Source: an uncultured Succinivibrio sp.
GTDB taxonomy: Bacteria > Pseudomonadota > Gammaproteobacteria > Enterobacterales > Succinivibrionaceae
Direction of reading: 5' to 3'
Length of the DNA: 64,000 bases
Assembly (NCBI GenBank): GCA_900754255.1
Contig: CAAECI010000094.1
Location: 365-64,364 of the forward strand
Made by a program: the position numbers and the translations under genes. The notes beneath the pieces were generated by a model. That model worked only from the letters and a program-made list of their open reading frames with translations, did no database searches and was not told the DNA's origin. How positions within the stretch are numbered: position 1 is the first letter of the stretch; each line of letters opens with the position of its first letter. This document shows positions 41,958 to 50,094 of the stretch, piece after piece.

Positions 41958-43973
41958 ATGTACACAAATGATAATAAACAGCCGCAGTGGGATTTTCCTG
42001 GTTACCCATCAGGAAGCGGTCCTATTACTCAAGGACTTAACACGATAATACAGGATTCATTCAGAGAAAAACCTTTGGATTCATTAATTCGAGAGTGCTG
42101 TCAAAATTCATTGGATGCTTCGGCTAACAACGGAAAGCCCGTCAGAATAGAGTTTCATACTTTTGAAATGTTAACTTCCGATCTGCCGGGAATAGGCGCA
42201 CTGAAAAAGCATATAAAATCATGTCTTAACGGGGTGAATAAATCTAATAATGAGGGAACGAAAAATCCAGAAAAAATACTATACGAAACGGCAAATAGGA
42301 TATTAAACGACAGAAAATTGCTTTGTCTCAGGATAAGTGATTTCAACACTACCGGATTACCTGGGTCCAGAAAACCAAAAGATATTTATAAACTAACCCA
42401 ATGGTATAGATGTGTTGAAACAATGGGATGCTCAGGAGATAAAGAAAAATCGTCAGGGGGGTCCAAAGGAGTAGGTAAATCAACTGCATTTTATAATTCA
42501 GGCATCAGGACAGTGTTTTTTAATACCCTTGACCAAAACGGCGATGAAGCTTCAGAAGGAGTATCTTGGCAAACTTCACATTATGACAGCGATAATAATG
42601 AATGTACTCAGGGATTTTATGCTTGTAAAAATCAAGGTAGGAGACAAGCAATATATGCACAAACCATATTGGATAATTCATTTAAACGAAATGAACCTGG
42701 TACTGACCTCTTTATCATAGGTTTTAATCAAAATGAGAATGAATTCGGAGAAGATCATGATCTAGACACCGTCGTAAAGAATGTCGTAGTAGATTCTTTT
42801 TTACCCGCAATAAAAGCAGGTAATATAATTATCAAAACTGAAAGATCTGAAATAAGCCGTAATACATTACCTGATATCATAAAATATCTCTCATCCGAAG
42901 CCGTACCTAAGAAACGCATCAAACAAGCTAAATCCAACACTGAATTCAATTCAGTTATCGATTCTGAAATACCCGTAAATACATTAGAAACTGATAGCTT
43001 AGGTATAAAAGGGAAATTCGAAATCAAATTGCTTGCCAAGGATGATTACTGTAAAAAAATTGCCGTCTACCGAGAAATTGGCATGAAAATAAAAGAGTTT
43101 AAACCCAGAAAACCATTCGGCTTTGCCGGAGTATTAATAATAAAAGGTCCGGATTTAAATGAATTTATGAAAAACATGGAGACTAGCGCACATAATGACT
43201 GGCATCCAGATATCTATAATGCTGATAAAGAGCAGCTAAAAATTGCAAAACAAATAAAGGACAAACTAACTTATTTTGTTAAAGAATGTGTTGAAAATAT
43301 AAAAACCGAAACAAACAGCGATGATAAAATTGATTCAGGACTCGGAGCTTTATTTCCTGATTCCAATGATTCTTTAAAAACAAAAGGTGAATCTGTTTTC
43401 GGATTGGATCAGTTTGAGGATAAAAAGGAGTTTATTTTTAAAAATTCTTTATCAAACAAAGAAAACACTGTCAGTTATAAAAAAAATGATAAAGAACCCA
43501 ACAAAATATCAATAGATAAAAATGGCGATATAAATGATAAAGAATTCAGATCGACGACGAAAAGAAAAAAAAGCTCACATGATAGGACAGAATCCATCAG
43601 TCCCAACAATACTACGAACAAAGATAATCTTAATAAAGAAATCGAATCAAAGTTCGAAACAGTAAAAGTGAATCTGTCAAATATAAAATTCATTCCATTG
43701 GACAATGAAGGATTCAAATTTAGAGTGAGTTTCATTCCTGAAGTAGGCTATAAAACGGCAATGATTCGATTTAATGTGGCTGGTGAAACTACTGATTATT
43801 CATTACCGATCGCTTATGCAGAAAATGACAAAGGTCCTATTACAATTGAAAAAAACAGTATTTTGTTCGGCGTTCGCCTTACTAGGAATAAACCGTACTC
43901 TTTGGTAATAAAGTTGGAAGATAATACATTCAAATCTTTTTCGGTGGTTGTAGATGCTTATAAGAAAAAATAG
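41958..43973 (+). CDS. GHKL-superfamily (HATPase_c; Hsp90/MORC-like) ATPase protein, ~671 aa, with a large uncharacterised C-terminal region
   Basis: Bergerat-fold motifs: N-box LIRECCQNSLDA (ExxxNSxDA); motif II-like LRISDFNTTGLPGS; G2-box GGSKGVGKSTAFYNS (compare Hsp90 GVGFYSAF). Start at the ATG with an AGGA RBS. Confidence 0.65.
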   Translation: MYTNDNKQPQWDFPGYPSGSGPITQGLNTIIQDSFREKPLDSLIRECCQNSLDASANNGKPVRIEFHTFEMLTSDLPGIGALKKHIKSCLNGVNKSNNEGTKNPEKILYETANRILNDRKLLCLRISDFNTTGLPGSRKPKDIYKLTQWYRCVETMGCSGDKEKSSGGSKGVGKSTAFYNSGIRTVFFNTLDQNGDEASEGVSWQTSHYDSDNNECTQGFYACKNQGRRQAIYAQTILDNSFKRNEPGTDLFIIGFNQNENEFGEDHDLDTVVKNVVVDSFLPAIKAGNIIIKTERSEISRNTLPDIIKYLSSEAVPKKRIKQAKSNTEFNSVIDSEIPVNTLETDSLGIKGKFEIKLLAKDDYCKKIAVYREIGMKIKEFKPRKPFGFAGVLIIKGPDLNEFMKNMETSAHNDWHPDIYNADKEQLKIAKQIKDKLTYFVKECVENIKTETNSDDKIDSGLGALFPDSNDSLKTKGESVFGLDQFEDKKEFIFKNSLSNKENTVSYKKNDKEPNKISIDKNGDINDKEFRSTTKRKKSSHDRTESISPNNTTNKDNLNKEIESKFETVKVNLSNIKFIPLDNEGFKFRVSFIPEVGYKTAMIRFNVAGETTDYSLPIAYAENDKGPITIEKNSILFGVRLTRNKPYSLVIKLEDNTFKSFSVVVDAYKKK

Positions 43974-44313
43974 ATTATTTGCTTATCCTGTTTTAAATGA
44001 TCTTAATAAAAATTACAAAAAAGGAAAATTTAGTGCAGAACTTATTGATAAAAGTTTCGGAGATTATTATGTTTTTGATTGTCATTGCGAACTAGAAAAT
44101 AATAAAAGCATAGAAGCACTTATAAACGAAAGCAAGTGCCTTTATACTTGTTTAGTTGAATGTGGAAAAACGAAATACAGATATCTGTACAGCAGTAAGA
44201 CCCCTATTTTTGAAATAAAGATAAAGAAAACGGAATTATGCGGGCATGTTGAATTTTCTATTAATATAGTTGCCACAAAAAAAAAATACAAAATTTTTCG
44301 TCACCTGATTTAG
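43954..44313 (+). CDS. hypothetical Cys-rich protein. Possibly the 5' part of a gene split by a frameshift at an A10 tract.
   Basis: Overlaps the GHKL gene by 20 nt. Contains CHC...C..C..C. Ends 35 nt after an A10 run. Confidence 0.4.
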   Translation: MLIRKNRLFAYPVLNDLNKNYKKGKFSAELIDKSFGDYYVFDCHCELENNKSIEALINESKCLYTCLVECGKTKYRYLYSSKTPIFEIKIKKTELCGHVEFSINIVATKKKYKIFRHLI

Positions 44314-44378
44314 GCGAAGATTACTCCGGAAGATTAATAAACTTTGACGAGGGATCATTTATTGCTATCGGCCCCCAG

Positions 44379-44855
44379 TTGAGTGAAAATTTTCCCATGC
44401 TTAATGACAGCACTTTTGGGAAAAACAACTCTTTTATCAAAATACAACGTTGTATTAATCCAGATCCATCAATGAGTGTTGATTGGGACGATAATAATAT
44501 TACCATCTATTTATTTAACGATATATATCAATCATATTTAAAATACAAAGACCACAAAAATGTATTTAATCTCCTTATCCAGATGATAGTTGTTCCTGCC
44601 CTTATGGATGTTTTTTCAAAAATCGGCAGTGAATTAAATCATGATTTAATTAGTCCCGATTCCACTAAATGGTACCAAACAATAGATCGTCAATATAAAA
44701 AAGAAAGAAGCAATCGATGTCTGAAGGATGATATAGAATCAGATTCATCCTGTTTGACCATTGTACAAGATATTTTGAAACAACCTTTACGATGTGCTGT
44801 AAATTCTTTAGATGATCTCTTAATTTCTTTTGAAGGCGAGGATATGAATGAATAA
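44379..44855 (+). CDS. hypothetical protein. Frame is open upstream back to 44265.
   Basis: TTG/ATG starts. The reading frame overlaps the preceding ORF across the A10 tract. Confidence 0.4.
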   Translation: MSENFPMLNDSTFGKNNSFIKIQRCINPDPSMSVDWDDNNITIYLFNDIYQSYLKYKDHKNVFNLLIQMIVVPALMDVFSKIGSELNHDLISPDSTKWYQTIDRQYKKERSNRCLKDDIESDSSCLTIVQDILKQPLRCAVNSLDDLLISFEGEDMNE

Positions 44856-45633
44856 TCTAATTTATTTTAAAAGAGAAACGGTAGGAATAATTAAACATGA
44901 TTTAAAATTTATTCTTAATATTTTTTTTACAAATAATCCAATAGAAGAATTGGAGAAAAAATACGGGGAAATAATGGCGTATAAAACCTCCTTTTCATGC
45001 TCTGATTTCTCACTCCTTAAAGATAACGGAGAATGTGTTGGAGATCTGGAAGCCGTAAAACTTGTCCAAGATAAAATGGGGAACATGCCTGCCGCTTTGG
45101 CCTCTGAGGAAGGAATGTGGTCGGCATTAAGCCTTTCCGAACAGTTTTGGCCATATGTTAGAAAAAGATGGTTTATTCCTGCTTTGGAGAGACACTGCAA
45201 CACTAAAGAACCACCTATAAATATGGAACAGAAGGATAAAATATCACAATGGTTGCTTGCCAGAATTTTTTTTGAAAACTATCGCATTACTCGCCATGTT
45301 TTAGCCAGACTGTGGTGGATTGGCAAAATGACCTTTGTTGAAGGAGAAGATCCTTATAAACTTACGACCTTTGTCATGCGCAGTGAAGCATTAGTCACTG
45401 CAATATTCGAACGCAGTCAGGGATCGAACAGGACGCTGGTAAGAAATCTATGTTTCGAATTAATGAAAAGAGAAAAAAACGGAGAGTTAACGGTTAATCA
45501 GAATCTGATAAGAGAACTGTTCAAATATGTTAACGCTTGCGGCGGAGGCATATTGATAGACGAGGTGGCAAACAATCCTGATTCATTATCATTTTTAATG
45601 GATGCATTTTTAAAATGGTATAGACGCCGATGA
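44848..45633 (+). CDS. hypothetical protein (261 aa), last gene of the GHKL operon
   Basis: 8-nt overlap with the preceding ORF; no recognisable motif. Confidence 0.5.
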   Translation: MNNLIYFKRETVGIIKHDLKFILNIFFTNNPIEELEKKYGEIMAYKTSFSCSDFSLLKDNGECVGDLEAVKLVQDKMGNMPAALASEEGMWSALSLSEQFWPYVRKRWFIPALERHCNTKEPPINMEQKDKISQWLLARIFFENYRITRHVLARLWWIGKMTFVEGEDPYKLTTFVMRSEALVTAIFERSQGSNRTLVRNLCFELMKREKNGELTVNQNLIRELFKYVNACGGGILIDEVANNPDSLSFLMDAFLKWYRRR

Positions 45634-45881
45634 CTTATCAAAGAAGCGGCAGTTTATCTTCGATGAGGGTTAAATCTCACCAAAAATGACAGCTGGATGC
45701 AAAAAAACATGCCTATGCTGTAAAATTCACTCCAATGCTCAGATTTTTCTTAATTACTTGATTATTTTTTATTAAAGAAAATGAAGTTAAACAAAGTGCC
45801 TAGTTGCGCCTTGGCAAAGCGGAGATCAATTCGTCTGAAGTCTCCGCCCCTTTAGCAACGAAAATAAATCAGGACAATATA

Positions 45882-46352
45882 ATGCTTTACACCTTTAAAA
45901 TTTATCCCTCCGGTTGGGGCCGGATCGCCTACCGGGTGATGGAAGTAGGCGGAGACAAATCCTTCGACAGCTTGGCAATGGATATTCTGGCCGCATTTAA
46001 CTTTGGCTGCAATCATCTGTATGAATTCAGAAACACATTAGGAAGATCCGACCGTAGCATTATATTTAATCCCAACTACGACAATTTTAATCCGCTCTTG
46101 GGGTTTATCGGTGGAAACGACAGCGACACTGCCGACGAATATAACGATCCCTGTCCAGACCGCAGACATTATGACAGCCGCAGACCGATTAAATTCCTAA
46201 ATCCGGAAAAAAGTTCAAAATTTTATTTTCATTATGATTTCTGTGATGATTGGATTTTTGTCATCCATGTCTCCAAAGTAGAGGCCGATAAGCCATCACC
46301 TGATCACTCAAATGTCATTAAAAGCGTCGGGAAAGTAGGAGGCCGATATTAA
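45882..46352 (+). CDS. pRiA4b ORF-3-like (IS1096 TnpR-passenger-like) family protein
   Basis: N-terminal MLYTFKIYPSGWGRIAYRVMEV...HLYEF matches the pRiA4_ORF3 domain pattern (Y.lKV.L.g..PpIWRR..V...HLyeF). Confidence 0.55.
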   Translation: MLYTFKIYPSGWGRIAYRVMEVGGDKSFDSLAMDILAAFNFGCNHLYEFRNTLGRSDRSIIFNPNYDNFNPLLGFIGGNDSDTADEYNDPCPDRRHYDSRRPIKFLNPEKSSKFYFHYDFCDDWIFVIHVSKVEADKPSPDHSNVIKSVGKVGGRY

Positions 46353-46410
46353 AGCGAGGTTGAGGGATAAGCTCTTCGTTTAAGACACCGGCAGATTTAT
46401 GATGCCGAAG

Positions 46411-46438
46411 AAGCGGCTTTAAAATGTCCGCTTTTTTA
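46411..46438 (+). terminator. rho-independent terminator
   Basis: AAGCGG-loop-CCGCTT plus T6. Confidence 0.5.
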
Positions 46439-46514
46439 TTTAAGCACACGTTATAGAAAGTTCCGGGGCCTAAGGGCCGGCTATGCCGTCCATACTTTGC
46501 TCCGAGGCTGCACA

Positions 46515-46540
46515 CATAAAAAAGACGCCTTTACGGCGCC
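46515..46540 (-). terminator. terminator downstream of tRNA-Arg(CCT)
   Basis: Minus strand GGCGCC-GTAAA-GGCGTC followed by TTTTTTAT. Confidence 0.5.
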
Positions 46541-46543
46541 CTG

Positions 46544-46618
46544 TGGCGACCCCAGTAGGAATCGAACCTACAACTAGCCCTTAGGAGGGGCTTGTTATAT
46601 CCATTTAACTATGAGGTC
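46544..46618 (-). tRNA. tRNA-Arg (anticodon CCT)
   Basis: Reverse complement GACCTCA-TA-GTTA..TAAC-A-AGCCC-CTCCTAA-GGGCT-AGTT-GTAGG-TTCGATT-CCTAC-TGGGGTC-G-CCA. Confidence 0.85.
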
Positions 46619-46702
46619 AACGCACGGCATTATAGCAATTTTCGTGCGCTTCTTCCAAAAAATGGCTTTGGCCTCCACAAAATTTAGTTCTAATGAAAAA
46701 AA

Positions 46703-47875
46703 TTAAAGCATGGGTACGGCCAGATCGTGCAGTCTGATATTGAGCAGATTGTCGTCAAGCGAGTTGCTTTTTAGAAAAGCGGTATTGCGATCAACCCTTT
46801 GAACGGTATAGGTTCCGCTTGCCCTTTCGCTTTGACTAAAGCTGCGTCCGTCAGGATCATAGCCCTCCGAATACTGCTCTATGGCAAATTTCATACCGCG
46901 ACGTATGCCGTTCTCAGATCCCAAATTAATGATGAAGCCGTCATCCTCTATATCTATGATCTCCGCCTGAACCGAACGGCACTGTAAAAGGCCCGTCACA
47001 TCCTCGGCAGCCCTTTTAGCCAAATCGTTCATACGTCTTCCGAAATCACTGCCGGCAAAAAGCTCCGATCGCATATCTATATATTGCCCCTGCTTAAACG
47101 GCCAGTCGGCAACCATGTCATATTGCTTGGAAAACACACACATGCCGTCCTTTGCATCGTATACATTGATACCAAAGGAAAGAGTGCGCGTTCTTTGATA
47201 AAAAAGCTTATCCAAAACCCCGTTTCCCGCATCCGCAGCCGCTGCCGTATTGATGCTGCCCGTGATCAAAAACTGCGCATTTCCCTGCCTTGAAGCCGAG
47301 ATTATTTCATCCTGCAAGAGCTGATCGGGTGAGGAAGGTCCCAATGTTCCGCGTAAAACGGCATTGCTTTGCGGACGCATGAGCAACGAGGGGGACTTAG
47401 CTATATGTGAAAACACGGCCCTTGAGAGCTCTTTGTTTATATTGTCTATGCCGGCACTTCCCTGATATGCATTTTGATCGGCATACACAAAGGTTAAGGG
47501 CAAAACCGCCTTTTTTATCGAGGAGGCGGCACAGGTAGAAACGCGGCTTTCATCCAGCAAAACCTTGACGACCACCTCTACCCTGCCGCGGGTATTTTGC
47601 TCGGATACCACCACCACCTTTCTGACGGGAACGGCGCTTTGAACCTTAGTCCCGCCGGAGCCTAACACTCCGTCCCTAAAATCCTGTACCGTGGTAACCT
47701 GTGCTCCGGCCTCGAGCATGGCATTGCGTATGGCATCGTTTACGGCAGCATCGCGGGCATTTCCCACCGAATCGAGCACGGCGGCAGATCCGGTCACGGT
47801 ATGCCAGCCGGCGTAAGCAGATCCTGATATACACAGCAAGGCACTTAGGGCTATGATGCTTAGAGTATTACGCAT
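46703..47875 (-). CDS. flgT: flagellar H-ring/outer-membrane disk protein FlgT-like
   Basis: Signal peptide. About 390 aa. Divergently oriented to the flgO-flgP pair, as flgT is in Vibrio. Confidence 0.5.
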   Translation of the reverse strand: MRNTLSIIALSALLCISGSAYAGWHTVTGSAAVLDSVGNARDAAVNDAIRNAMLEAGAQVTTVQDFRDGVLGSGGTKVQSAVPVRKVVVVSEQNTRGRVEVVVKVLLDESRVSTCAASSIKKAVLPLTFVYADQNAYQGSAGIDNINKELSRAVFSHIAKSPSLLMRPQSNAVLRGTLGPSSPDQLLQDEIISASRQGNAQFLITGSINTAAAADAGNGVLDKLFYQRTRTLSFGINVYDAKDGMCVFSKQYDMVADWPFKQGQYIDMRSELFAGSDFGRRMNDLAKRAAEDVTGLLQCRSVQAEIIDIEDDGFIINLGSENGIRRGMKFAIEQYSEGYDPDGRSFSQSERASGTYTVQRVDRNTAFLKSNSLDDNLLNIRLHDLAVPML

Positions 47876-47997
47876 AACTCCTCCGTCTGAAATCCATCAT
47901 TTGGCACTGAACTTGCATTATTCATACCTAAAATATGTGACGTAATGATGACACGATTTAAATAATTAATTTCATGCAGTATGCAGGAGAGGCCCTC

Positions 47998-49011
47998 ATG
48001 AAAGCAAATATCCTATTGATTGCGGCGTTTATCATGGCTTTGTCCGTGAACGGATGCGCGGCAAATAATGCCAAGGGAGGCAATGAAAGCATATATGATC
48101 GTCCCGGCATGGAGATAAGCAAGACGGCCTCTCAAATGGCCGATACCCTGTGCGAAACCTTTAAACATGATCTTGAGGCTAAGGCTCGTAGCGATCACAG
48201 TGAATTTAAGAATTTCCCGATTGTAGGAGTAACCTCCTTCGTTGATACCGACACCTATGAGAATGCCGGACATTTGGGCAGAAGTCTGGGAGAGTTTTTC
48301 ATTCACGAGCTCGACCGTCGCGGGATCCCCGTCGCCGAATTTAAAACCACCGGCAGTCTCAGCATCACCGAGGACGGCGAGGACATATTCTCCCGTGATT
48401 ACAAGAAGCTCAAAGGGCAGGCCAAATTCCGTCATCTGCTTGCAGGGACCATCACGCGCAATGAATACGGCGTAGTGCTGTCTGGACGTATCATAGACAT
48501 GCAAAGCTCTCAGGTACGCGGATCGGCCACGGGCTTCATCCCATATAAATATCTGCCCTATTGCTATCGTACTCGGGAAAAGAATTGTTCCTTTGAAGGC
48601 AGTATTTCGTATTCAACCTATATTCCCTCATCAAAAAACATAAATTCCGGCACTGCGGTGAGCTCCTCGGGTAATGTAACGGACACCGTCACCTCCGTAC
48701 ATGCTACGGTAAGCGACTCCTCGACCTACGTCTCGACAGTAAAGAGCAACGGTAATATGCGTGAGGACGCCGCCGCGCGCACCGCTCGGGAGAAGCTTGA
48801 GCACGATCCTCTTTTTAATGAGAAATATTACCCGCAGGGGGCCAAAACCTCCCCCACCTCAAACGGTAATTACGAGCAATTCATTCATGATAAGGGCTCC
48901 ATGCGCGGACATTCCTCCGTGATCTATCCTGCCGATTCTTATCTTTACGGCGGACACTTGGTACGAGATGTGCATGATCAAAGTCAGTACCAAAGAATAG
49001 AGGACAATTAA
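47998..49011 (+). CDS. flgO: FlgO-like lipoprotein with an S/T-rich C-terminal extension
   Basis: Lipobox VNGCA; LpoB/FlgO-like core (VGVTSFVDTD...GRSLGEFFIHELDRRG); directly precedes flgP. Confidence 0.5.
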   Translation: MKANILLIAAFIMALSVNGCAANNAKGGNESIYDRPGMEISKTASQMADTLCETFKHDLEAKARSDHSEFKNFPIVGVTSFVDTDTYENAGHLGRSLGEFFIHELDRRGIPVAEFKTTGSLSITEDGEDIFSRDYKKLKGQAKFRHLLAGTITRNEYGVVLSGRIIDMQSSQVRGSATGFIPYKYLPYCYRTREKNCSFEGSISYSTYIPSSKNINSGTAVSSSGNVTDTVTSVHATVSDSSTYVSTVKSNGNMREDAAARTAREKLEHDPLFNEKYYPQGAKTSPTSNGNYEQFIHDKGSMRGHSSVIYPADSYLYGGHLVRDVHDQSQYQRIEDN

Positions 49012-49493
49012 TGCTTTTTACAGGCGGTTTTATGAAACTCAGACTTATTTGCACGGCATTAGTTGCAATGACGATGCTGGGAGCTTGCTCGGGAATGCTG
49101 TCAAGCACCTCCTTTACGCGAGATCTGGCCTACACGGATACCGGAGTCCATCGTCCCGATGAATTTCCCATCCTGCACGCCACCGGCTATGCTTCGATCT
49201 CCAGACAGCCCGGGCGTACCCAGGCCGAAAAGGAAATCACCGCCATGCGGGCCTCCAAGATTGAAGCCTACCGAGAGCTTACCGAGCAGGTAAACGGGAT
49301 CTATGTTAAAGCCGACAGCGCCGTCGACGGTAATACCCGTCAATTGCGTGACGGTATCAAAACTCAGGTTGAAGGCTATGTGCACGGCGCCCGCGTGATC
49401 CGTCAATATCCGGTAGGCGACAGCTACGCTACCGAATTGGAGCTTGATACCAAGATCATTTATGACCTGTACGATCTGAGAGGAGCATTGTAA
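49011..49493 (+). CDS. flgP: flagellar assembly lipoprotein FlgP (LPP20-like)
   Basis: Lipobox LGACSG; 160 aa; LPP20/FlgP-like pattern (ATGYAS...A...A.....L.EQVNGIYV). TAATG overlap with flgO; AGGA RBS. Confidence 0.6.
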   Translation: MLFTGGFMKLRLICTALVAMTMLGACSGMLSSTSFTRDLAYTDTGVHRPDEFPILHATGYASISRQPGRTQAEKEITAMRASKIEAYRELTEQVNGIYVKADSAVDGNTRQLRDGIKTQVEGYVHGARVIRQYPVGDSYATELELDTKIIYDLYDLRGAL

Positions 49494-49951
49494 TGAATCA
49501 GTTTACGGCATCCCCGTCCCCCGCCGTTTTACCGGTGGCATTCTTTATTAAGGAGCAAGAGCAAACTCTTGCGACCCTGCACGATCTTCTCATGCGTGAA
49601 AGACTGGCCCTGAGACATCGGGAGTTAAAGGACGTCAACGATTTGGCACAGAAAAAATCCGCCCTTATGGTTAAGCTACAGGCCAATGATCAAAAGATCA
49701 GACTGCATCCGGAGGCTAACCTACTGAAAACCGTCTTTAAGGATCGCGTGGATGCGATCAAGACCGCGCTTAAGGAATGCAAGCGCCTAAACGGTATCAA
49801 CGGTCGCCTTATAAACCTTGCCTTAAATTCTACGATCAGACTTTCTGCAGTGCTTATGCAGACCCGTGATCGCGTAACCCGCAATTTAACCTACAACGAT
49901 CACGGCCGCACCACCGCCCGCGGCCCCATGCGCCTGAGCATAGAGTGTTAA
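49493..49951 (+). CDS. flgN: flagellar export chaperone FlgN-like
   Basis: About 150-aa helical protein with a FlgN-like heptad pattern. Coupled (TAATG) to flgP. Confidence 0.5.
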   Translation: MNQFTASPSPAVLPVAFFIKEQEQTLATLHDLLMRERLALRHRELKDVNDLAQKKSALMVKLQANDQKIRLHPEANLLKTVFKDRVDAIKTALKECKRLNGINGRLINLALNSTIRLSAVLMQTRDRVTRNLTYNDHGRTTARGPMRLSIEC

Positions 49952-49961
49952 TATGCTTTAT

Positions 49962-50040
49962 TTTGGTGCATAGCGGGTTTTAAACCCAGCTCGTGCACCT
50001 TTTGTTTAAGATCCCCTTTGAATGGGGATTTGTTTTTATA
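49962..50040 (+). terminator. tandem rho-independent terminators after flgN
   Basis: GGTGCATAGCGGGTTTT/AAACCCAGCTCGTGCACC, then ATCCCC-TTTGAA-TGGGGAT plus T-run. Confidence 0.6.
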
Positions 50041-50094
50041 GCACAACCCCCGCTTTGCTTTCTTAATATTTTGATCTTTGACAGGGGCTTTTCC

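Larger units (their letters stand above)
38523..46440. mobile_element. low-GC (~33%) genomic/defence island carrying R-M, Vsr and a GHKL-ATPase operon. No integrase or transposase visible.
   Basis: Abrupt drop in GC and AT-rich codon usage against ~50% GC flanks. Right edge lies about 100 nt from tRNA-Arg(CCT). Carries a pRiA4b-ORF3-like gene. Confidence 0.55.

Noticed and set aside
36908-46620. tRNA-Arg(CCT) 3'-end direct repeat (att site) at the far island boundary, and an integrase
   Set aside because: No copy of the tRNA 3' end was found by eye near 36.9-38.6 kb and no integrase or transposase ORF is present. Island mobility is therefore unproven.
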